This document shows, in pieces, positions 53,929-64,000 of a DNA stretch of 64,000 nucleotides. How positions within the stretch are numbered: position 1 is the first letter of the stretch; each line of letters opens with the position of its first letter. The notes beneath the pieces are model-generated. The model had not been told where the DNA came from, made no database searches, and worked only from the letters and a program-made list of their open reading frames with translations. This DNA comes from Eledone cirrhosa. Taxonomy: Eukaryota. Location: positions 9,052,001 through 9,116,000 of the forward strand of contig OZ024758.1 in NCBI GenBank assembly GCA_964016885.1, read 5' to 3'. The translations under genes were made by a program, and so were the position numbers.

Positions 53929-54739
53929 ATATATTACCTTTTTAACAGAGTGATTCCTACTTCCACAAATGATTTCAGCATCTCAGCAACTATCTCTGAT
54001 GGTCCACCAGTTTTTCTATTTTTCATTTCCTTGACTTATAACAGTTTTGATAACCATCTCCTTTCTTGAGTCTGCTGGGGGTATTTCTTTTTCCTTCCAC
54101 TATTTCTCCACATTCATCAACCTCTCATAGTAGCATTTCCATTCTAAGTGTGCTGGTATCATTTCCAACACACTTTTCCCCAACAAGATTCTCACTAGTC
54201 CATTGATTTACGATGTGGAACATTTCACACCATCGCTCCTCATGTTGCAGCACATTAGCAAACCTCTTACTCTCTGGTTCTTTACATGCAAAGTAAAACT
54301 GTCGTCTAGCTTCAGTTTTAGCTACTTGGTTTGGTTCTTTCTTGCCCCCACTTTTCCAATCTTTCCATGCCTGTCTCTTAGCTTTAATGGTTCTATCTAG
54401 ATTAGTTCCATCACCAAATCACCTTTTGTCTCGCTGTTACCAGATCTCCTCAGAAACCTGAAGCAGGTTGTCCTGTAGAAACTTCCAGTTGTTCTCTATG
54501 CCAGACACAATGTGTAAAGCCTTTCTAAAACTACATTTAATGGAGAGGACCTTTAGCCGCCAAACCCTCCTGTTTCTGATTCTGTGTGATTTTTATTTTG
54601 ATGTCACTAATAACTAATTTGTGGTAGGTGGTGCATTCTTCTCCAGGAAATGACTTAGTATTTATAACAACCATCTGACTATCCCATTTTTTAAAGAACA
54701 GGAAGGCAATCTGGCTTGCATGCTCACCTGATGAGCATT

Positions 54740-56015
54740 CATTTATTTGTTTATACAGATATATGAAAGGAAAAAAAAATTATTAAATCAGTCAGTAAGT
54801 CCAAACAAAGAAGAGCCAAACAGCCACAGTCACCGCCTGTGTCTCTCCCGCTTTCCCCATCTCTCATTATTAAGAGCAAATGGAGGCCCACACTGGAAGA
54901 GCCATTCCAGGTCGCGAGGCTCACTCCTGCGGGTAGCCAGCTTTGTGCCGATGGTGGTGACAAGGGAGGTGGTCCTAGAGCCAAGGACACCAGAAGTCTC
55001 CACTACTACGGGCTCAACCGCAAACTTCTTGGAGGGCGACCAATATTTGGAGAGTTTACCCTCCTCAGCCTGAAGTGCAACATAACCTGAGTTAATTGCA
55101 GACTACACCATTTTGCTGCTGGAGAATGTGTCGCAGCATGTGGCACCCCAGACAGGGGTTTACCACAATGACATGGGAAGATGATCATGCTGTCTGGCCT
55201 TTTGCCATCCCCTCAGTCCAGCCCCACTGGCTTAAGCTGGGAGGGGAAGCCTGCAGCATCCAGGCCATGCTTTATGACCTCATTGAGAGCAGAATGGGGT
55301 GGAAGGTGGCCAGCACTATAGCAACAGTACAGTAGGTAGAGGCTGAAAGAGTCTACGGAGGTTCCGCAACATTTGTGTGGCTCACAGATCTGGAGGCTGA
55401 GCCTCAGGGAAACCCCGATTATTATGCAGCTGCGTGCCAGTTGAAAAGGAGAGTAAGGTATTGAGCCAAGCACCGCTGTGAAGTTGCAAGGCCGAGCAAA
55501 AATATGCAAGGCAGTGCTGGTTGAGCTGGTGCGCTAGTCTGTCTGAGGCCATGTTGCACTGGATGACATCCCATATGCTCTGGGGGGATTTATATCTACA
55601 GGGGGAAAAGGAGAAGGGACATCTACTGGGCTGAGTCTGAGCCGATTCCAAGTCTCACAGGTAGCCTCACATTCTTCATTCACAGTGGGTTCCATTGTAT
55701 TTTGGAGAACCTTGTTGATGAGGACGCTGCAAAAGGTTACTGATGAAAGAAATGCTGGCAAAGCCGGTGAGCTTGGGTTCTGGAGACCAAGGCTACCATT
55801 TCTAACAGGTAAAGTGGCCTGTTGCCATCCAAGGTTGTCAAACCTGACATTGCATATCTCCTCAGCTGCCGCTCAGATACAAGTGTTGAGCTCAGCAAAG
55901 AGAGATGCGTGGCTGTAGCAAGGAGCATTACAAATTGTGTAGAGGAGCTTCGGCTTGGTGATGCAGTTCCTCAACAAGAAGAGGGCTAGATGGGCGTCAA
56001 TCATGCCCAGTCTGC
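54740..56015 (-). mobile_element. RLE-type (CRE-like) non-LTR retrotransposon, 3' segment, degenerate
   Basis: GC-rich. Minus-strand peptides: ALFLLRNC; SGAWL..; CEPHKCCG...HSALNEVIK (Zn-knuckle remnant); PVGLD..GKRPD..GKPL (PD..D restriction-like endonuclease); EPVVVETSGVLG. AATAAA near the 3' end (~54745). Confidence 0.75.
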
Positions 56016-56405
56016 TCCCTTCTCTTTGCTCTTGGTATAGACCACATTGCTCAGAACATCATGGCCCCTCTCAATGTTTGGTTCCTGGATGATGCCATGT
56101 TAGGCGGGTCTCTGGAGACTGTCTGCCGCAACCTGCAATTGGTGGTTCCTGATCTGGTGAAAATCAGCTTCGAGGTCAACTATGATGTAGGTGGCTGCTG
56201 CAGCCTCCGTCTCAGATGTGCGATCCATTCTCCTCCAGGAACAGGTGACCCCTAAAGAGGATGTCCTCATCCTCGGGTCGCTGGTCCTCCTGCCAGCCAT
56301 CCGCTCCACCATCAGGTCCAGGCTCATAGCAGCTCACGACCCTCATGTGCAGACTAAGCATGATTGATGCCCACCCAGCCCTCTTCCTGTTGAGGAACTG
56401 CTCAC
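56016..56405 (+). mobile_element. Inverted RT segment of the same CRE-like element
   Basis: LNVWFLDDAMLGG (RT catalytic motif) ... RLSMIDAHPALFLLRNC; the last 53 bp duplicate 55963-56015 in inverted orientation. Confidence 0.72.
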
Positions 56406-58937
56406 CTGATTGGTAGGTGATCAAGTGCTTAGCCTGATTCCTGAAGTTACAGTGGTAAATGGTTAGGCCATTTGCATCACAGAATTCTAGATGTGATCCT
56501 TCTTCATTTCTTGCACTATATCCATAATCACCATGTACCTCACTTTAGCCATCTTGGTGCTGCCCAATGTACCCATTGAAGTCACCCGCCAGAATGATAA
56601 GGCCCCTCTATCTATTAAATTTGTCTCTAAGAGGTCCTCAGAGTCAGTTTTTTTGTTCTTTATTTAGCCCTGATTGTGGCAAGTTTGGTTCCTCATGGCA
56701 CCACTAATGGCGTCTGATAGTGAGTGGGAATTTATATGGAGATATGTATTTATATATGCTTACATATGTATATATATGTATGTATATATATGTGTGTAGA
56801 TAGATACATGTATTCATAAATGTATGTATGAATAAACGCTAAACTAATTTACTATCGTATTGTATTGTTCTCCTGTGTCGCTTTCCCTTTGTATGTGTTT
56901 GTATATATATATATAGAGAGAGAGAGAGAGGGGGGGGGGGTAAAATCCCGACTGGTGCCAAGTGGTTTTGGCTTGTGTTCAGTAAGCCTTTTCAGGCGTG
57001 TAGGAGTTTTTGTAGGGTTTGTAAAAATGAGTCACTAGTCATGGTAATGCTGTGGTCAAATTTGCCATTGTGGTAAGCTGGGCTGATGGAGAGGAATTAG
57101 GGAGTGGGTGGTCAGAGAATTGTAAGTGTATCTAGACAGGCTAGGGGTCAGAAGGAAATAATTGTTTCTACTTTTGGCACAAGGCCAGCAATTATCTCAG
57201 TGTATTACTGGTACTTTATTTTATCGTCCCAGTAAGGATGAAAGGCAAAGTTAACCATGGCAGGATTTGAACTCTGATCATAAAGGGACGTAACTATGCT
57301 CAAAGCATGGTGTCCGACTCTCTACCGATACTGCCAATCCACCCCCACCCCAGGAGAAGGAAGTAATTGTTTCTACTTTTGGCACAAGGCCAGCAATAAC
57401 CCATTGTATTACTGGTACTTTTATCGACCCCGTAAGGATGAAAGGCAAAGTTAACCTCGGAAGGAAATAATGTGCGTGGATTAGAAGGAGGTATAATGGG
57501 AATAGGGGGCTGGATTAGGTGAGGGGCAAGAGTATATATGAGCGATAATATAACGAGTCATGACCTGTACACAGTAAATTTCGTACACAATTAAGACAGT
57601 GGATTGGCAGGATCTTTTCAACGTCGTTATATATTTCAGCTTTTCCCCTTCCCAATCCCTCCGAGGTCAACTTTTCTGTTCATCCTATCTGTATATAGGG
57701 GATGAGTGTATGTGACGTCCGAACGCGTATCCTTCACCTCCAACAATCTTACCCTAGTACCAGGCAAGTACTGTGGTGAATATGATCGCTTGTTCACTCT
57801 CCTTAAATGTATGGCCTTGTTCTAATGCAAGAGATGCATTAGTACATTTAATATACCATATACGCCTTTACAAAATGTTGTCACGCGAAAGGAAAAAAAA
57901 CATATTGACATATATATAGTGTGCACGTGTGTGTGTGTTCGCTGCTTAAATGTCTTCTGTTTACATAAACACTTAACTGTAGGGTGAGTAGGCGCCACCT
58001 CACTCTTTATTCTCAGTTCTGGTCTTACCGTGGCCGACTTAGCTGTACATTTTGTCATGTGTCAACAGATACCAGTAATACGCGGTGTTTTGAGTAGATG
58101 GACTAGAACTGCAGCTTTATACTTTTATTTGGGTTTATGTGTCAGGAAAAGAAACCACGATTCTGATTAGGAGAATTGATAAGCATCATAGAAGATACCT
58201 TGTAGTGTTTGATTTCGTCTAGATATATTCTGAGTTCAAATCCTGTTTAGCCCCATTGCTCCGTTTTCAACGGAAAAAAAGGGGCTGTAGATTACTTGGA
58301 TCGGTTGAATCAACTGTTCTCATTTATTATAAGTACGATCGACTGGGTCTACTGCATTCCTTCTAATTACGTCATTTTTTTTACACGATGTTAAGCCTCA
58401 ATAGAGGAAAGGTTATTTTATTCTAATGAAAGAAAAAAGAAAGACACAAAAAAAATCAGGTGGGAGGTGTAAACGGTTTCAACTAATCGCATGTATTTAA
58501 ATACAAAAACTGAGCAGTTGTCTTGTTGGCTCGTGTGATTGTTATGCTTATCATAAGTAGTATTTGTAAACTTAATCATCTAGTCGGACGTGGCCGCATG
58601 ATATTGCTATTAGACATCAGCAAACACTCCCCCCTTTAAATCACACTATACGTCATGACTATAGGTGATCACCACTGGAATTCCTTTGACAATAGATATG
58701 TTTACTGTTCGGTTAGGGTCGACCTGGGGCTAAACAACAATTTGTACATTTAAGGAAATATTTCATTTCTATTCAATGTGGCTCGTCCGTCGCATGCTAA
58801 TCTCCTAGAAGTAGTAGCCAAATCTCCTTCGAATTATATTCCTCCATTATAAAAAAAAAAAAAGGACACATTCGATATTGTAGTGTTAGATACAATATAT
58901 CGGAGTTGGGGAGATAGTTATGGCTGAAATTCTTTGG

Positions 58938-58984
<47 letters not shown>

Positions 58985-59284
58985 AGTCAGTTATGGCTGA
59001 CTTGGAGTTAAACAAGTAATAAATAGTACTCCGCCTCCTCTTTATACGTATGACCCTCGAGCCAACGATGGCGCTGCTACATAGTCGTTCGATCTACGAA
59101 AAATACCGGCTAAATTTCCCTTTACAATCACTTCTTGATAAGAAGTCTTGGTGATTATGGCTTGGGACGGCTTTGGTTTGCAAGGTTTTCAAGTCAAGGT
59201 TTCTTAAGGCTAAACAACAACAACTACTACTACTACTACATCAACAATGTGATAATCGTGGTGAGTAGTGAACAATTAAGTATA

Positions 59285-59650
59285 TGAGACGGTCTCCACG
59301 TTTGACGGAGGTCTTATACGACGCACCAGAAACAGAATCACGTGCTCCACATGCTGTGACAACTAAAACAACTGACGTCAAAAGTGTAGTCTCGATACGG
59401 AGGTGGGGGGGGGGGGGGGGGGGGAGGAAGAGGAACGCCCATTTTCCACGCTGCTGCTGATGAGTTGCAGTCGCTGCAGCGATTGGTCAATGTCGGTCAC
59501 GTGTCTATGTTTTTATCATAACTGGGCTAAGCAAGTGTTACGTTTCCACGGGGGAAGAAAAAATGTAGAGAAGAGCAGAGAAGACTAACGTGAATATTGG
59601 ATCTTGCGTTGACTATTTAAATATCCATATCCTCGCCGGACGTGTGCAAA
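59285..59650. promoter_or_regulatory. Candidate intronic promoter/enhancer: E-boxes, CRE and CCAAT in CpG-rich unique DNA
   Basis: CACGTG at 59339-59344 and 59498-59503, CACATG at 59348-59353, perfect TGACGTCA at 59373-59380, ATTGG at ~59482, G-run at 59405-59424. Confidence 0.5.
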
Positions 59651-61191
59651 TGTTAGCAGCCCTCCTGAGAATTACTAAAAGAGAAGAACCCATGATCATT
59701 AATAATTATTTCACTGTCGAACAGATAAATATTAAGAAAGGCACATTATAGAATAAGTATATATGAAATGCATGCAGAGATGCTTACTCTGAAAACCTGG
59801 ATACTGTTTAGTATTAATTTTAGTATTTTGCATTATAAAGAAGTTACGGGTTCGTCCTTCCTTACTGCATTCTTGTAAGGAAAATCTCTACGTGCTTTAT
59901 ACGAAGATGCTCTTTAGTTTATTTTTTTAACTCAAATACGAAAGCATAATAGGTGCAGATCTGGTTGTGTAGGAGTTCTCTTCGCAACCACGTTTTGGGT
60001 TCTAGTCTACTACTATTCTACTATAGTGGGTCACCTATGTCTTATTATTCTGCAGCGACTATTGTCTCTTTACGTAATTAGCATTGCACCCACACATAAT
60101 CAGTATAACCAATAGAAATAATATTTGACCATATGCCCCCCCCCCCCCCCCCCCCCTATCGAACCCGACCTGGTATATAGATACAAATTTAAATACCAGT
60201 ACACGAACTGATTGAAACCCTACAATCACCCATTGAACTATTCTGCTTAGCAGATCAATGAATCCAATCAAAATAATTAAATGAAGGTACAGGCTCAGCA
60301 ATTTGATAGTAAAAAATAGCAACTAACACTGAACTGAAATGATCCACCACCTCAATACATTACAGCTACATTTTAACTATAAACAGGAGTTCAAATTAAA
60401 AATAAAAAAAAAAATAGATTAAAGCAAACCCAAACAACTCGTAACAATAATATTAAAACAGAAATTTATTGCTAACCAAACAGCATGAAGCATAAATATT
60501 AAAGTAACATTATATAAAGGGCTAAATAATAAACGACAACCAATCTGAACCAATATAGATTAACTATGAACTGAATAAGAAGGAAAAATATGTGCAACAT
60601 GGCACAAACATTTATTGATAAAATATAGACTGCAACCAATTAAAAGGCAAAAAAAGAAAAAATTATTGAAACATCATCTCACCCAAATACGCCCCATGAG
60701 ATGACTACATGTTTTTAATAGGAAACAGTATTTTAAGCCGAAGTGAGGATCACTAACCCCAACAGCTTCTTCCCCACAAACTACCAACAGTAACTCATCC
60801 ATCACTCTCCATCTCTATCTTCCCATGCCAGCATTCCTACTAACAACCAAATCCCCACACAAGTCCAACAACAACAGCCTAGCCATAACATGCATAGCAC
60901 TAGTCTGGCATGCCCTTAGCTGATTCCCAGATCCTAGCCATGATGCATATACTACCTTGTGTCTCTAATAGAATGTAAGAATGAAGGACAGCAAACATTT
61001 ATGATGAAATAAATCAAAAGTTAGCAAACCAAATGATAATATTATTAAACTTTTAAAATACTTGCCCTCAGAAGCTTCTCCTTTTCACACACACACACAC
61101 ACACAGCAGCTGTCATACTCATGGAAATAACACCTTTGAGTATTCTGTACATCTTGACTTTGCATGTGGCATCTGTACAATTTTTGGTACA

Positions 61192-61393
61192 TACAAGGGT
61201 CAGCTGAAAAGTTCATAGGCTGACCTTGATACTCTCATGGAATGACCAAATGAGGTATAATTTTCAATGTAGTCCTTGGAAAGAAACAATGCAGTTATTA
61301 ATAAGAATAGTTGAAATTAATGCATGAAAGATTTCACTACTCTAACATCACTCCTTCATGTTCATCTTAAGAACATTTTAGCCGACCCTTGTA
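61192..61393. mobile_element. Mariner-type MITE (other copies ~21690-21878, 23011-23120 partial, 44810-44993 reversed, 46671-46864)
   Basis: TA-CAAGGGTCAGCTGAAAAGTTC...GCCGACCCTTG-TA terminal inverted repeats; shared core gatactctcatggaatgaccaaatgagg. Confidence 0.8.
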
Positions 61394-61399
61394 TTTCTT

Positions 61400-61980
61400 C
61401 TGCTAATGGGGTTATCTAGATAGCAAAAGGTTTTTACTACTTCTAGTGAGTTTATTTCCTTAGTACACTTTCTTCCCTGACAACCTACTGTGATCCCCAT
61501 TACATCTATTCTGTGTTCATTATCTACACTGGTTACACTGTTTCTTTTTCGATATATTGAGCACAGCCATTTACTTGAGGGTAGCAAAGTTCTGTCGTTT
61601 TTCATAGTTACTAAAATTCTTTGCTAGATTTACTTTGAGATCTTTTGTTTCCATGTCTGGAACTTTTCTAATTCTTCTGCAATTTTGCTATGGGTGCTAG
61701 ATCATCAGCATACTGGAGTCCCCAAGGACAACCAGTCTTGAATTTCTTTGTTTTGATCTAGGGGATTATAATAAACAAGTGTGGGCTGAGGACAGAGCCT
61801 TAACTGGCTCCTACTCACACCCTAAATTCACTGTATTCATTATTAACCCTTGCCTTGTATAGGGTCTTATTCTTAGCAAAGTACTTCTCCTGCAGTTGTC
61901 TCGCTTGGAAAACTTCTTCCCAGTATAAGTTTAAACTGCATCTCATCAAGGTTCTGTCTCTCATCATAATATTCAGCCAT
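61400..61980 (-). mobile_element. Degenerate RTE-type RT fragment
   Basis: Minus strand GCPWGLQYADDLAP around 61695-61737, preceded by a QGSVLSP-like remnant and followed by LEVVKTFCYL. Confidence 0.7.
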
Positions 61981-62590
61981 TGTTGTTTTATGTTATAATT
62001 AATAGGGACATATGCTGGAGAAAGGGAAATGTGTGATTTTGGAAAAAAACATTGGATTCAACATGTAGAAATAGATAAAAAGCATACATTATTTCCTAGG
62101 GTATACTAAGCCTAACACTGTAATATAATTCTATTCCTAGTGCTCAAATGTGTTGATCTACACAACTGGAAATTATTTGGGACTGTCCATGGGGGCATAT
62201 CTCTCTGTAAAGAATGTCAAAGTAAAAGAGAAATTCTCCTACACACCTGAGAAGATATGTGTTTAATGTATATTATTAAAAGTAATTAATTTCAAAATGA
62301 AAAAGATTGCAATTACAAGGTATTCAACATTTTTTCCAGTAATAATGATTCCAGTTATATTTATTCAAATAAAAAATAAAATTATTATAATGGATAACTT
62401 AATCAAAATTTCTCCATTTTCAGCGCGTAACCAATTTCTTACTATGGTAAAGTCAACCTAAATTTGTTATTATGCTCTCAGAAATAGTACCTTCATAGTT
62501 GTGGTTAATGAGAAAATGTTATAATACATAATTACATTATAAATAATCAGCAACTGATTAATCAGTAATCAGCCAATTTGTGCATCATTA

Positions 62591-62630
<40 letters not shown>

Positions 62631-63921
62631 GCCAGACAGTCCTATGCGAGCAAGACAATCACTCTTGCCTCAAGTGGGACTACCCCCGTCCAAACCCATG
62701 CAAGCGTGGAACACGGACGTTAAACGTTGATGATGATGATGATGATGATATACACACACACATAATCTTAGCTGTAGCACTAACACAGCATAATTCAAAA
62801 TAGAAATAAATATGGAAACATGTACAATATGTTTGTATATAATAAATATACATAAATCTCACTGTGGGTATTTTAAGCTGTGATTATGTCACAGCTACCT
62901 CAGTACCCATCTGAGAATACCAAATACTAGTATTTCAGGAGAAAAGAAAATTATAAATAAATCAAATATGTCAAATTATTACCAATAGTTTGAGGAAATT
63001 TCTAAGAGTCTGTTTTCTTCTAGGATTAGTTGCAGTAATTAATATGACTTAAACATATTTTTTGTCTTGGGAGAGCGAAAGGAAGCTCTTGTATTTAAAG
63101 GTGGGTGAAATGGGAAGTATAATATTTCAGAGGCAGGGATGAAATGGAAGGAGCATGATTCTTGTATTTATGATAACTTACATTACAATCTCAGCCAAAG
63201 GGAGTGGAAAAGTTAACCTGCTGGTATGGAGATGTGATGTGAATAGAAGTGCTCTGTACTGTTTGTAGAGAATATTTGTGGCAGAAAGACATAGAAAATG
63301 ATAAGATCGGTTTTCAGGATGCTGGGCCTCACAAATGAGTAACTATATATTGTATAACAATTAGAACTAACCAAACACTATACCAGCATGGAAAAACATC
63401 TTTACCAAGCCAGTGAAGTAGTCTCTGCATAGTCACTCAACCTGCTAGAAATAACAGCCAAATATCCCTCAAATCAGACTTTACCATCTTGTTAAAGATG
63501 GCATTATTAGATAATGTAGCTGGGCTGTGCAATTCTTGAAGAAAAGACTGTATGGTTCTTTGATCATTGGTCTGCTTGATTAGGACTGACCTGGGGCTAA
63601 ACAACACCTGTTAAAACGTCGTTGATTGATGAAGATTAAAAAAAGGATGGATTCAATACAGATGACGATGTCTGGTGCCATTTGTTGTATTTTTGACTGT
63701 TTAATTCTATTCAATAATGAACCAGTTCATTATCAATATAATCTTGAATAGATTACAGACATTAGGGTTACCTCCCTTTGATTGTCTTGACGCCATATTC
63801 TCACGTATCTGTTGATGACTGCATCAAAATTCTATTTATTTAATAGTTATTTTAGTTTAACCTCGGTTTTCCTTAATCAAGTATACTTATGGGTTTTTCT
63901 TTCTTTTTTGTTTGTTTTTAG

Positions 63922-64000
63922 TTTCTGCATCGCCGGGAGAAAGACTATGAGGTTGAAGTGCAGCGACTTGCACGGAACAAGATCTCGCTTCAAGAGACAG
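63922..64000 (+). CDS. Mnt: Mnt coding exon 5, 5' part (leucine zipper; runs off the window)
   Basis: T-rich tract and TTTAG| then phase 0 FLHRREKDYEVEVQRLARNKISLQET, with L/Y/L/L heptad spacing; resembles the MNT zipper (SLKRKEKEYEHEMERLAREKIATQQ). Confidence 0.92.

Overview
AT-rich, repeat-dense eukaryotic genomic DNA, not prokaryotic. The SINE families and (ATC)n-tailed RTE-type repeats look like those of octopod cephalopods; this is inference from pattern recall. The window is almost entirely one + strand gene, the Max-binding bHLH-ZIP repressor Mnt. Five coding exons with canonical GT-AG boundaries join in frame: 540-606 (Sin3-interaction domain), 5538-5727 (Pro/Ser-rich), 12628-12669 (basic region), 27024-27135 (HLH) and 63922->64000 (zipper, truncated by the window edge). 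The introns (about 4.9, 6.9, 14.4 and 36.8 kb) hold tRNA-SINEs, piggyBac-, mariner- and hAT-type MITEs, decayed RTE- and CRE-type LINEs, and minisatellites. Most ORFs in the supplied track are spurious. Most notable observations: (1) two LINEs of different clades both show twin-priming-like 5' inversions; (2) the same TE sub-modules have repeatedly and independently seeded minisatellites; (3) intron 4 contains CpG-retaining, E-box-rich domains, with same-family SINE copies as an internal control, suggesting internal promoters or enhancers and autoregulation; (4) there is a candidate zipper-less alternative exon; (5) several long intronic fold-backs occur. No new multi-gene system can be demonstrated from the sequence alone.
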